Source of the DNA: Mobula hypostoma | Lineage: Eukaryota | Length of the DNA: 64,000 bases | Direction of reading: 5' to 3' | Assembly: GCF_963921235.1 (NCBI RefSeq) | Contig: NC_086122.1 | Location: 32,860,001-32,924,000 of the forward strand | Made by a program: the position numbers and the translations under genes | Notes under the pieces: generated by a model | What the model was told of the DNA's origin: nothing | The model's input: only the letters and a program-made list of their open reading frames with translations | Databases searched by the model: none | Shown here: piece after piece, positions 11,558 to 23,549 of the stretch | Numbering within the stretch: the first letter of the stretch is position 1 | Layout of the letters: each line of letters starts with the position of its first letter

Positions 11558-12464
11558 CACCCGGAGGACCCCCCCTTCCCTCAATCCCATGTCCCACCCA
11601 GAGGACCCCCCCTTCCCTCAATCCCATGTCCCACCCAGAGGACCCCCCCTTCCCTCAATCCCATGTCCCACCAAGAGGACCCCCCCTTCCCTCAATCCCA
11701 TGTCCCACCCAGAGGACCCCCCTTCCCTCAATCCCATGTCCCACCCAGAGAACCCCTCCTTCCCTCAATCCCATGTCCCACCTAGAGAACCCCTCCTTCC
11801 CTCAATCCCATGTCCCACCCAGAGGACCCCTCCTTCCCTCAATCCCATGTCCCACCCAGAGGACCCCTCCTTCCCTCAATCCCATGTCCCACCCAGAGGA
11901 CCCCTCCTTCCCTCAATCCCATGTCCCACCCAGAGGACCCCTCCTTCCCTCAATCCCATGTCCCACCCAGAGGACCCCTCCTTCCCTCACTCCCATGTCC
12001 CACCCAGAGGACCCCCCTTCCCTCAATCCCATGTCCCACCCAGAGGACCCCCCTTCCCTCAATCTCATGTCCCACCCAGAGGACCCCCCCTTCCCTCAAT
12101 CTCATGTCCCACCCAGAGGACCCCCCCTTCCCTCAATCTCATGTCCCACCCAGAGGACCCCCCTTCCCTCAATCCCATGTCCCACCCAGAGGACTCCCCC
12201 CCTTCCCTCAATCCCATGTCCCACCCAGAAGACCCCCCCTTCCCTCAATCCCATGTCCCACCCAGAGGACCCCCCCTTCCCTCAATCCCATGTCCCACCC
12301 AGAGGACCCCCCCTTCCCTCAATCCCATGTCCCACCCAGAGGACCCCTCAATCCCATGTCCCACCCAGAGGACCCCTCAATCCCATGCCCCACCCAGAGG
12401 ACCCCTCAATCCCATGTCCCACCCAGAGGACTCCCCCCCTTCCCTCAATCCCATGTCCCACCCA
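11558..12464. repeat. C-rich/G-rich minisatellite, ~37-39-bp unit, ~24 copies
   Basis: Unit CCCAGAGGAC(C)nTTCCCTCAATCCCATGTCCCA; shortened ~29-bp units near 12340-12420. Confidence 0.97.
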
Positions 12465-12938
12465 GTTGATTTCCATTCTGACCTGCTCTCCTTGTTGCCG
12501 TCAGTGAGTTCCTGTCCCCCCACCCCCATACGCCCATTGTCACCACCTCTTTGGAGCCACTGGAGTGAAATGGTACCTCGCATCAAGTGGTTGATGTCAA
12601 GACTGGATTCTGGTAGGGCCGGCCAGATTGTCCTTCTCGAATAAAGCTGATTTGCCACCTGAAGCAGCAGCTGCCCTTGGCTCTGACTGGGACAGGCGAC
12701 CATCTCAGCATGTTAACGCCAACTCGGTGACACGCGGTTCTTGACCTGCACCAATGCTGCCACCTGGTGGCGGCTGACAGAAATGCTGATAGACACAGAG
12801 CCTTGTCCTGGTGTGCAGGTCGCATTAGTCTTGTAAGGCGATGTGCGACTTTGAACTATTTTAACATTGGCCAAAGGCGAGGGTTGCCCTCTGACCTTTC
12901 TGAGGCATGTTCTGACTTTCCTCTGCTGTTATTTCCAG

Positions 12939-13101
12939 CCCCTCTGGTTGCACGTTTTGGGGAAAGAAGCCATGGAGCAAGAAGAAGAAAATTCTCTGGC
13001 AGCTTGGCACTCTAATTGGCGCTCCTGTGGGCATTTCCCTCATTGCTGGCATTGCTGTTCCTGCCATGATCATTGGCATACCAGTCTATGTTGGCCGTAA
13101 G
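12939..13101 (+). CDS. RNF19B: RNF19B coding exon (first transmembrane segment)
   Basis: atttccag|C ... AAG|gtaaga. Encodes [54 protein letters not shown]. Confidence 0.95.
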
Positions 13102-13574
13102 GTAAGAACCATTGTCAGAAAGTATCTGCTGGTAGCTGTTAATGATTCCCTTCCTCCTGCACACTAACCCCACAGTGTTATAATTATTGTAAATAATCGT
13201 CTTGGTCGTATGTTATCCAACCTCACATTAAAATTTTCTCTCTGAAACTCCACAGTTACGAAGGCTCACTTTAATCTGTTTTAACTGTCTTCATTTCTCA
13301 TTCCTGCCTTTAGGAAATGTACTTACAAGAAAGTTTAAGTTTATCAGTAGCAGTTTCTGCTACTTGGATAATTTCACGTAAAATGTAACTGAATTTCATT
13401 GGTACCTCTTCTGCATTCAAACTTGCTGATTTTGGCCAGGCTGTGTCCATATCGCCTTGCGTGACTGAAGCACAGAGTTACGAGTGAACTCTGCCGAAGA
13501 TAAGTTTGAGAGTTGCCGCTTTTGAATGTCTCAGCTGCAGTATGGCTACAATGCACAGTCCAGCTGTTATGTCA

Positions 13575-14076
13575 TAGAAACAGAAAATAGGTGCAGGAGT
13601 AGGCCATTCGGCCCTTCGAGCCTGCACCGCCATTCAGTACGATCATGGCTGATCATCCAACTCAGAACCCTGTACCTGCCTTCTCTCCATACCCCCTGAC
13701 CCCTTTCGCCACAAGGGCCATATCTAACTCCCTCTTAAATATAGCCAATGAACTGGCCTCAACTGTTTCCTGTGGCAGAGAATTCCACAGATTCACCACT
13801 CTCTGTGTGAAGAAGTTTTTCCTCTTCTCGGTCCTAAAAGGCTTCCCCTCTATCCTCAAACTGTGGCCCCTCGTTCTGGACTTCCCCAACATCGGGAACA
13901 ATCTTCCTGCATCTAGCCTGTCCAATCCCTTTAGAATTTTATACGTTTCAATCAGATTCCCCCTCAATCTTCTAAATCCCAGAGAGTACAAGCCCAGTCG
14001 ATCCAGTCTTTCATCATATGAAAGTCCTGCCATCCCAGGAATCAATCTGGTGAACCACCTTTGTACTTCCTCTATG
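13575..14076 (-). mobile_element. CR1 LINE 3' fragment, same young subfamily as 47237-50345
   Basis: ORF 13662-14045 IPGMAGLSYDERLDRLGLYSL...FFTQRVVNLWNSLP; near-identical to 47237-47742. Confidence 0.92.
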
Positions 14077-14260
14077 TCCTGAGGCCCTCCTGGTTTTGAG
14101 GCCCTCCCAGAACACTTCTCAGTGATGGGATTGGATCACAAAGGTCTGGAGAAAGAGTACTTGTGGTAGTAGATCATTTGGTAGGGTGGGGGGGGGGTTG
14201 TTGATAAAGAATAGGCTGGAGTGATAGCGGCTCTCAGGAGTGCTTGTGTGGAGGTTGGAT

Positions 14261-14312
14261 ACACACACACACACACGCACGCACGCACGCACACACACAC
14301 ACACGCACACGC
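14261..14312. repeat. (AC)n/(ACGC)n microsatellite
   Basis: Seen directly in the sequence. Confidence 0.95.
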
Positions 14313-14791
14313 AAATACTACTTGCTCCTAATGTAAAAAAATAACTATGCTGCTGACTGCCTCGGGCAAGTCATACTTTGCAGAGACAAGAGGCAGGAGT
14401 TCAGGCTTATTAGTAAATGGGCCCTTCTCAGATCTAAATAATTTTTTTTTAAAATTGTATTTCCCCTTTCATCAAAATGATGTTCTGTGCCCCAAAGGAT
14501 AAAAGAAGAGGTCCTTGTCCACTTCCCTGCTTTTTTAATTCACTTGGAAACCAGCCATCATAATTGTTTCAAAGAAGAAGCGAAAACATGCGCCTCTTGT
14601 CTATTCCTCTATAAATCCCCAAAATAAAAGGAGGAAAATATCATAATGAATTTGTAAACCTGTTAGTCCTGGATGCATTATCCCTTCATATTGGAGAAAG
14701 TCAGGCCGATTTTTATGAACCTTGTACCTTCCTCCTGCTTTGAAGATTGCTCAGAATGGTGATCATTTTAACTTCTCCTTTTATTCTTTAG

Positions 14792-14906
14792 GTTCACAGT
14801 CGCTATGATGGGAAAAAGACTTCAAAGCACAAAAGAAATTTGGCGATCACTGGTGCGGTTACCTTGTCAGTGATTGCTTCCCCTGTGATAGCAGCCGTCA
14901 GTGTCG
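14792..14906 (+). CDS. RNF19B: RNF19B coding exon (second hydrophobic segment)
   Basis: ttctttag|GTT ... GTCG|gtaagc. Encodes [38 protein letters not shown]. Confidence 0.95.
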
Positions 14907-14950
14907 GTAAGCGTTGGTTCTTTACCCAAGACCAAGGATCATGCATTCTG

Positions 14951-15080
14951 CATTGGTGTAAACCAGTATAACACTGGGATAATGTTTGATATCTAACTAT
15001 CCATTGGTGTAAACCAGTATAACAGTGGGATAATGGTGGATATCTAACTATCTGTTGGTGTAAACCAGTGTAACAGTGGG
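14951..15080. repeat. 51-bp tandem repeat, ~2.5 copies
   Basis: CATTGGTGTAAACCAGTATAACA(C/G)TGGGATAATG...ATCTAACTATC at 14951 and 15002, partial copy at 15053. Confidence 0.9.
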
Positions 15081-15459
15081 GTCTGTTTTACTACGAAAGA
15101 GTTTCATGTCTATCGCAGATGGCCATCACAGAGGGTGATGTGAAGCATTGGATGAGACAGGTTGGATGCAGGTTGTTAAACTACTTTGTGCACGGCAACA
15201 TTATTTATTTGTTTAGTGACCCAGTGCTCAGTAAGCCTTTCCAGTCCTTTAAGCCAGGCTGCCCCAGAAACCCCTGGCAACTCATTTTAACTCTAACCTA
15301 ACCTAAGCATTTACAACGACCAATTAACGTAGAAACTGGTACACCTTTGACTGTGCAAGTCATTATAAAGTTTGCACTCTGCGAATAGATCCCACTCATT
15401 AACATAGGGTTTATTTTTTTAGCAAGAGGTTTCACAATCTATTATCTGATCTGTTTAAG

Positions 15460-15600
15460 GAATTGGCGTTCCCATTATGCTGGCTTATGTTTACGGTGTG
15501 GTCCCGGTGTCGCTGTGTCGCGGTGGCGGCTGTGGTGTCAGTGCAGCCAATGGAAAAGGAGTGAAGATTGAATTTGATGAAGACGATGGGCCAATAACAG
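15460..15600 (+). CDS. RNF19B: RNF19B coding exon
   Basis: gtttaag|GA ... ACAG|gtaacc. Encodes [47 protein letters not shown]; [13 protein letters not shown] matches my recollection of RNF19B rather than RNF19A. Confidence 0.95.
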
Positions 15601-16369
15601 GTAACCAACCGTGCATCTGTCTGCAGTATGTTAAATGTTGTGTTGTAACTGATCCCCCCAGGAACATTTTTTTTTCTGGAGTGTTTGAGAGGCACGCATG
15701 CATTTATGTATTTTTCCAGCTGTTTTCACTCACTCACTTTCCAGGACTTTTTACAACGCGACTGCTCAGTGTTATTTTTTTATTTGCACAGTTTGTTGTC
15801 TTTTGCATTTTGGTTGTTTGTCGGTCTTGGCAGAACACGGAACAGTACAGTACAGGGATAGGCCCTTCAGCCTGCAGTGTTGTGCTGGACCAGTGAAAAA
15901 GCAAATCAAAAACACTAAACACTAATCCCTCCTACCTACACAGTGTCCATATCCCTCCATCTTCCTCACATCCATGTTCCTATCCAAACGTCTCTTAAAA
16001 GCCTCTGATGTATTTGCTTCTACCACCAAGTCAGGCAGCCACCACTCCCTGAGCGAAAAAAAACCTTGCCTCTCACATCCATCCCTTGATAGCTTTTCAT
16101 AAATTCTGTTGTATTTATTTCCCTGTAAATACCTGCAAGAAATTGAACCTCATATTACTTCAGCTTTGATTTTTGCTGTCAGTATAAGTGTTCGTTGTCG
16201 TTGCTGTCTGGTACACTGGTCTGATCATACACACTGCAGCTGTCTGCATTTGTGTGGGTTTCTGTGAGCAATGTTACTTGAAATACTGTTGCATATTTTA
16301 AGAGTGGAATACTTCCCATCTAACAGTAGTATTAAGACTTGACCTGTCCTCAAACTTTGAGTTTTAATA

Positions 16370-16455
16370 TGTCTCGGCCTGAAACGTCGACTGCATCTCT
16401 TCCTAGAGATGCTGCCTGGCCTGCTGCGTTCACCAGCAACTTTTATGTGTGTTAT
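16370..16455 (+). mobile_element. Penelope-like pLTR fragment (3' half of hammerhead motif)
   Basis: gtctcggcctgaaacgtcgactgcatctcttcctagagatgctgcc, matching the copy at 56848-56930. Confidence 0.7.
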
Positions 16456-16474
16456 TTAAATACCTAGATGTTTC

Positions 16475-17070
16475 CTTAAGGTTACCCCAGCCAGGTGAAG
16501 TAGTGGAGATAAGCTCCCACTTGCGATTTAAATGCTCCCAATGGTGTGCATCTCAAACAGCCTATGGCAACCAAGTCCAGCTCCTTGCCTTCATGTGTGG
16601 TTTAGTCACTAAGTCCGGCGGAACGGTTTCTACTGACAGGAGAAGGGGGCCAAGGTGGGTTATTAGTGCCTTAAAACTGGTCGTTACTGGCAGATGGGTC
16701 TCGTTAGCCGTAGCTGGCAGCTCATCTAGAAGGGGAACTCTGATCTGAAACCTCCGCTGCCTTGTGGCTATACCCACTCACAGGGAAGGCTTCGGGAGTG
16801 AATCCCGAGGGGAAAAATCTGGAACTGGAGTCCCTAAGGCAGCCCGACATTGTGTTCAATGTGACTGGCAACTCCTGCGACGCCACTGGTGCCAAACCGT
16901 ATCAGTCTCTGTCGTTCCTTTGGATTCATCAGCTGCACGGAGAGGGGGAGCCCGCTACACGGGCAACAAGGTGCTCGTATTTTTGTACCATCCTGGCTTG
17001 TGTAGATGGCTAGGACACAGCATCCATGGTCAGCACTGGCCAGCGGAGGGCTTCAAAACGGCTGTTGTGA
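16475..17070 (+). mobile_element. Probable non-autonomous RTE-derived element (5'-UTR-like)
   Basis: GC-rich non-coding block resembling RTE 5' UTRs; no TSD confirmed. Confidence 0.4.
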
Positions 17071-17444
17071 CTTTGAAATGAGGAAGCACAAAGTTACCTT
17101 CCAAACAGGAAATGTTAGTTTGTACAAGTGCGAATCCAAGCATTGAGAGTTAGGAAAACAGTTGTGCACGTGATAATTTTACCTTAAATCTCAAAAATTA
17201 GTGACAATTGTCATTCAAGTGGGACGTGGGCAGCATAAATTGAATGATAATGAGGGATGTTTCTAATTTTATTCCCATGAGCAAAATATACTGTCTTAAG
17301 TCTTTGCTTTCCCGTCTTGTCCTGCTAGGGTTAGACATGGAAACTGTCCCTGTTATGACCTTCAAGACTGAAGGATGAATGTTCAAGGTCAAGGCAGGTT
17401 AAAGTGTTTCCAAACAACCTGAATTATTATCTTAGAAGGACTGT

Positions 17445-18260
17445 GAAGTATTTGTATTTATTTTATTTCTTGCATCCAAGGGAGTAAAAATCTTTACTGC
17501 ATCTCCGTCACAATGTACAAGCAATAAGGGCGGGAAATGTGGGGGGATATTGCCCAGACACTAAGATTGTACACAGGATTGTTTTATATACATGTATATA
17601 CAGTCAGATATACAATCAGATCAATGTGTATTGATCAATTTGGGGAAAGAAGCTGTCCTGGACCCTGTTAGTCCTGGCCTTAATGCTGCGGCACCGTTTA
17701 CCAGACGGAAGCAGCTGAAACAGTTTAAGGTCGGGGTGGCTGGAGTCCCTGATGATCCTCTGACCCCTTTTTACACACCTGCTGCTGTAAGTGTCATGAA
17801 TAGAGGAAAGTTCACACCCACAGATGCGCTGGGCTGTCCGCGCCACTCTCTGCAGTGCCCTGTGATTGAGGGAGGTACAGTCCCCGGACCAGGCAGTGAC
17901 ACAACCAGTCAGGATGTTCTCAGTGGTGCCCCTGTACAAAGTCCTGAGGATTTGGGGACCCATGCTGAACTTCTTCAGCCGTCTGACGTGAAAGATGTGC
18001 TGTTGTGCTCTTCTCACCAGACAGCCGGTGTGTACAGTCCAGGTGAGATCCTTAGTGATATGTATACCAGGGAACTTGAAACTACTCACCCTCTCAACTA
18101 CAGTCCCATTGATGTCAACAGCGGCCAGCCAGTCTCTGTTCCTCCTGTAATCCACGATCAACTCCTTCGTTTTGTCGACGTTGAGGGAGAGGTTTTCTCG
18201 ACACCACCTGTGTCAGGGCATTGAGTTCTCCTCTGTAGGCTGTTTCATCATTGTTGGAAA
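17445..18260 (-). mobile_element. Rex-Babar-like LINE 3' fragment
   Basis: ORF 17616-18161: MIVDYRR...VERVSSFKFPGIHITKDLTW...AQQHIFHVRRLKK...LLPSGKRCRSI. Confidence 0.85.
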
Positions 18261-18354
18261 TAAGCCCTACCAATGTAGTTGATGTAGTTTGTTCATTCTC
18301 CTGTGATCATTAAGGAACATTATGAAGCTCACCTGTCCTGTGGGTTGTAGGAGC

Positions 18355-19345
18355 TGTGGTTGTGGAGGTTTATAAGATTTATAGATAGAGTACGCAGGGA
18401 GTGTCTGTTCCTCAGGGTTGAAATGTCTAATACCAGAGGGCACGTATTGAAGGTGAGAGGGGGTAGATTCAAGGGGGAAGTGAGGGGTAAGTTTTTTACT
18501 CAGAGGGTGGTGGATGCCAGGTATGGTCGTAGAGGCAAATGCATTATGATGTTGATTACGAAGACACGTAGTCCTCTTTTATTGTCATTTAGTAATGCAT
18601 GCATTGACAAATGATACATTATTTCCTCTGGTGTGATATCACAAAACACAGGACAAACCAAGACTGAAAAAACTGACAAAACCATATAATTATACATATA
18701 GTTACAACAGTGCACAATATCATAACTTGATGAAGAAAGTCCGTGAGCACAGTAAAGTTCAAAGTTTCTCAAATGTCCCACATCTCACGCAGTCGGGAGA
18801 GGGAAGAAAAACTCTCCCTGCCATGCCGACCAAAGTCCGACTCTGAGTCATCCGAAAACTTCGAGCTCTGATCAGCTCTCCGACACCGAGTACTGAGCGC
18901 CATCTCTGTCCGAACGATTCGACCTCCTTCTCGGTCACCAAAAGCAAGCAAGGCTGAGGATTTTGAGGCCTACCCTCCGAAAGATTCCCAACCACACAGT
19001 AACGACAGCAGCGGACGGGCATTTCAGAAATTTCTCCAGATGTTCCTCTGTGCTTTCACGTCTATCACCATCAAATCAGAAATTGTCCACGGCCCCTATT
19101 TAACAGATATGATATCATTTTTCACCGGGGGGGGGGCTGTGCACGCGCGGTACGCTGCCATCTTCTCCTCCCGCCGTTCCCGCCATTAGAAGCTTTTTGG
19201 ATAGGCACATGGATGTAAGGAAGATGGAGGGATATGGACATGGTGTAGGTAGGTGGCATTAGTGTTTGGGTGTTCTTGATTTGCTTTTTAGCTGGTTTGG
19301 CACAACACTGTGGCCTGTTCCTGTCTGTACAGTTCTATGTTCCCT
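18355..19345 (+). mobile_element. CR1 3' fragment split by a 637-bp insertion (18547-19183, TSD CATTA)
   Basis: SNTRGHVLKVRGGRFKGEVRGKFFTQRVV before the insert; the CR1 tail resumes gaagctttttggataggcacatgg; CATTA at 18542-18546 and 19184-19188. Confidence 0.75.
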
Positions 19346-19494
19346 TTGCACAGATGGGGCCCAGCATGCGGTCTTCCCAGTGTATTCCGTTGTTCTAGGG
19401 TTGGTCTCCCATCACCTGTGGTGTATTGTCTTCATTGCCCGGCTGTGCCCCTCTCTCCGCTTCGCTCCCATTGATCTCCTTCCTTTCCTTGCAG

Positions 19495-19702
19495 TTGCTG
19501 ACGCATGGCGAGCCCTGAAGAACCCCAGTCTCGGAGACAGCAGCGTGGAGGGGCTGACCAGCGTGCTGAGCACGAGCGGCAGTCCTGTTGACGGCGTGAG
19601 CGTGGTGCAGAGCAACTGCAGCGAGACGGCCAGCTTCGCGGCTCTGTCGGGGAGCACGCTGTCTGGAGGGGCCCTCGCGGGGAGCAGTGTGCAGCACGGC
19701 AG
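19495..19702 (+). CDS. RNF19B: RNF19B coding exon
   Basis: ttccttgcag|TT ... GGCAG|gtactc. Encodes [31 protein letters not shown]...[11 protein letters not shown], an RNF19B-type tail. Confidence 0.94.
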
Positions 19703-19974
19703 GTACTCTTTGTTGTCACATCTGTCTGCTCTTTGTAAAGTAATAAGATATTGGGCAGTAGTCTGCCATGCAGCAACACCTCTGAATACCACTCTTAATG
19801 GCAGCTTGAAAGTTACCCAAGATCAGGGGTTCCCAGTCTGAGTCCACTAACCCCTTGCTTAATGGTTTGTCCATGGCGTAAAAGTTGGGAACCCCTTCCC
19901 TAGAGACAAGGGAACCACCGTAAGCAGTTACATCCTCTCGCACTGATGGCTGCTGCTCCTTGGACTGTGTCACA

Positions 19975-20575
19975 ATGAGAATCAGGTTTGATATCACTGG
20001 CATATGTCATAAGATTTGTTAACTTTCTGGCAGCAGTCACTGCAATACAATAATAGAGAAAAAATGTGAATTACAGTAAGTGTGTGTATCTCAAATAGTT
20101 AAATAGGTAGTGCAACAATAGAAAAATATATTAGTGAGGTAGTGTTCATGGGTTCAATGTCCATTCAGAAATCGGATGGCAGAGGGGAAGAAGCTGTTCC
20201 TGAATCACTGAGTGTGTGCCTTCAGGCTTCTGTACCTCCTCCCTGATGGTAGCGATGAGAAGAGGGTACGTCCTGGGTGACAGGGTCCTTAATGATGAAC
20301 GCCGCCTTTTTGAGGCATCGCCCCTGAAGATGTCCTGGATATTACAGAGGCTAGCGCCCGTGATGGAGCTGACTGAACTTACAACTTTCTGCAGTTTATT
20401 TCAATGCTGTGCAGTAGTCTTCCCCACAAATCCCACCCCCCACCATAGCAGATGGTGATAGAGCCAGTTAGAATGCTCTCCATGGTACATCAGTAGAAAT
20501 TTTTAAGTGCCCTTGACTTACCAAATCTTTTCGAGCTGCTAATGAAATATAGATGCTGTCATGCCTCTTTTGTAC
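19975..20575 (-). mobile_element. Rex-Babar-like LINE 3' fragment
   Basis: Same family sequence as 10185-10720 in reverse orientation. Confidence 0.7.
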
Positions 20576-20586
20576 TATTACTGCTA

Positions 20587-21120
20587 CAGACATCCCACCC
20601 TGCAAAAACTCATTTCAGGGAGGTAGCACCATCAATTTGCGGAGACTCCCAGAACTCCCGGGAGAGGTGGGATGTCTGCAATAGAGTAGCTCCTTAGCAG
20701 CTAGCCAGCTAGTTTAAATAACGTTATCTATGCTAATGAACGAATGACACCCTGTTAAACTCACCTCAACATGTCTTTTACAGTCTTAACCCACCATGGG
20801 CAATAGAAAAGTCACTGTTGCAAACAGTGCAGCGAGCAACACTGTCATTATTTTTGACCCCTATTAGGCAGGGGTACACTTTAGTGTCGTCTGGGGTGAC
20901 ATACGTTTTATATTTTTTTGGAGCACTCTCGCTCGCGCATTTTCTCTCTCTCGTGGTCGCTCGCGTGCTCTCGCTTGCTTTCTCTCTCGCTCGCCTGCTT
21001 TCTCTCACTCGCTGTCAAAAAAATTGATCTCCATGATATTGTATATAATTTGCGGGCATCAGGGAGCCACTATTCATATGCGGGAGACTCCCGGAACTTC
21101 CGGGAGAGGTGGGGTGTCTG
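20587..21120 (-). mobile_element. Internally deleted hAT-type DNA transposon with 6-bp TSD
   Basis: TIRs CAGACATCCCACC / GGTGGGGTGTCTG; CTGCTA on both sides; residual coding YPCLIGVKNNDSVARCTVCNSDFSIAHGG (N-terminal zinc-finger-like). Confidence 0.8.
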
Positions 21121-21637
21121 CTGCTATTACTACATCGACTCAGGCTGAGGGGGCCAGCATTGGGCACGATGGCGGACTCTCCACTTCTCCTTTGTAGCTG
21201 CATAACAATGAAATCAACATGCCTTGGGCTTTTCCAGAATAAAGGTAACAATGCTGTCCGAGATGATTTACAGGAGGGTGAGGTCCTAAATTCAAAATTG
21301 GCTGAATCTTGCAATGCCAGATCAGTTTCTGGTGTGGTGAAATTGAAATACTGCTTCTTTTTTGCCCCTAGTGTGCAGTGTGGAGCAAAATTAGATGTGT
21401 AACAGTCATCCAGAGAGCAAAGGGGCCGAGGCCCCTTTGTCAGGCCTATACAAAGGCTTTGGAAGGACTCTGCCTTCCATGCCTTTTTTCATCATTCTGG
21501 AAGGGTACAACTTATAATAACTGAATTGGTGTCATTGAAAGGCTTGAATACTCTGCACTTGTCGTATTGCAGAGCAAAGAATATCCCCTAACTTTGAGAA
21601 AGGACTTGTTACCAATTGGCTAGATGTTGTACAAAGC

Positions 21638-21719
21638 AGGCTGCATCCCAACCTGTGGTCTGCAGGGCCTTTGGTTAATGGTGGGGTTCCATGGCATAAA
21701 AAAGGGTTGGGAACCCCTG
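21638..21719 (+). mobile_element. Short hAT-type MITE (related copies at 40-119, 19823-19897, partial ~3465-3535)
   Basis: ...ccatggcataaaaaagggttgggaacccctg end shared among copies. Confidence 0.65.
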
Positions 21720-21830
21720 CTGTAGTGTTATAATACTGTATTCTATAGTCAATCTTCTTCAAATCAAATCAGAGATTATTGATTTGATATCAAACCAGGG
21801 TTCAAAGTGCAATACTTTTTTTTTTAGCAG

Positions 21831-21965
21831 GCTGGAAACTCGAGCTGGAAGTCAAAAGCAAAACAAACTGCATAAAGATTCCATCAGCCTTGGGGCAACC
21901 AGTGATAACGCCAGCACCAGGGCCATGGCAGGTTCCATCATCAGCTCCTACAACCCACAGGACAG
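21831..21965 (+). CDS. RNF19B: RNF19B coding exon (alternative start 21828 via tandem acceptor)
   Basis: ttttttagcag|G ... GACAG|gtgagc. Encodes [45 protein letters not shown]. Confidence 0.93.
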
Positions 21966-22144
21966 GTGAGCTTCAGAACATTACCTCATGGTCACTGGAG
22001 AATGAACAAACTACTTTTTATTTCACAGTCCTCTCCCTAAGAACAAGAAATTGAAGTTGTTTGAAAACAGTCTAACACTGAAAATCAGTGACCCAAAATT
22101 TATCCTGAAAGGACTGGCTTTTCTGAACTTCCTTTCACATCTGT

Positions 22145-22400
22145 TTGTTTATTTCATTGAGACACTGCGCAGAGAAGGCCTTCTGACCCTTCGAGCCTCA
22201 CTGTTAGAAACCACCCCCCACTCCCGATTTAACCCTAGCCTAATCAGGGACAATTTACAATGTCCAATTAACCTACCAACCAGTATGTCTTTGGATTGTG
22301 GGAGGAAACCCACGCGGTCCCGGGGAGAACGTACACCCCTTGCAGGCGGCGAACCCTGGTTGCTGGTACCATAAAGCGTTGTGCTAACCACGCCACCATT
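22145..22400 (-). mobile_element. V-SINE-like copy
   Basis: Same core as 6680-6970. Confidence 0.65.
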
Positions 22401-22559
22401 CTGAACCACTCAGTGCTGGACAGCCAGTGAGGTCCTTTGTAGACTCCACTGGAGCAGTCCACAAAGCCAAGGAAGGATCAGGAGACAATTGGTTGCAGAG
22501 ATTTAAAATGTCAACTGACCAGATGCTGAGGATGATGCTTGTAGAATGAGAAGTATTCT

Positions 22560-23070
22560 CAGCAAAAACACAAAGAGATTCTGCAGACGCTGGAAGAAAT
22601 CAGCAGGTCAGGCAGCATCGATGGAAATGACGAGCTAGTCGACGTTTCGGACTGAGACTCTTCTTCAGGGCTGGCAAGGAAAGGGGGATGACGCCAGAAT
22701 AAAAAGGTGGGGGGAGAGGAAGGAGGATAGCTCGAAGGTGAGAGGTGAAGCCAGGTGGGTGGGAAAAGTTGAGGGCTGGAGAAGAAGGAATCTGGTAGGA
22801 GAGGAGAGTGGACCACAGGAGAAAGGGAAGGAGGAGGGGAGCCAGCGGGAAGGGTGAGAAAAGGCAAAAGGCCAGAGTGGGGAATAGAAGAAGGGGGGGG
22901 GGGGGAATTACTGTAAAGAGAAATCGATATTCATGCCATCAGGTCGGAGGCTACCCAGAGAGAATATAAGGTGTTGCTCCTCTACCCTGAGGGTGGCCTC
23001 ATCTTGGTACAAGAGGACCAATATGTCTGAATGGGTATCGGAACTAAAATGTTTGGTTGTCGGGAAGTTC
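22560..23070 (-). mobile_element. Penelope-like element 3' end (GIY-YIG tail plus pLTR with hammerhead motif)
   Basis: Minus ORF DEATLRVEEQHLIFSLGSLRPDGMNIDFS; pyrimidine-rich tract; CTGAAGA...GAAACGTCGACT at 22637-22668. Confidence 0.8.
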
Positions 23071-23392
23071 CACTTTTGGCAGATGGAATCAATCTCTGAA
23101 TGCTTTCTCTGGCAAAGAGGGAAACACACTACTGGCATAAATGGTATACCAAACCAAGGAACTAAGATTACTTTGCATTTGGTTCTGTGTCAAAATCTTG
23201 CTTATTTTGCTTGTGTTATGTGCACAAGCAAATGGATGGAAATTAATGGAAATTTGATGTGGATTAAAATGTGACACTCTTTTCAATTATGTTTGAGGAA
23301 TGTTTAGGGTTCTTTTGTTTTTGCAGAGGGGTTAATGCTGGAATAGCTTAGAAAGGACATTGAAAGAACAGTATTTATGACATTTACAGATG

Positions 23393-23426
23393 TAGTACTG
23401 TGCAAAAGTCTTGGGTACTCTAGCTC

Positions 23427-23457
<31 letters not shown>

Positions 23458-23512
23458 GTGTGTGTATGTATGTATATATATGTATGTATCTATAGATATA
23501 GATATCTATTCT

Positions 23513-23549
<37 letters not shown>

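Noticed and set aside
11402-12644. Long Pro-rich ORFs of up to 378 aa
   Set aside because: All three frames are open because the C-rich minisatellite lacks stop codons; it is intronic with no supported splice sites.
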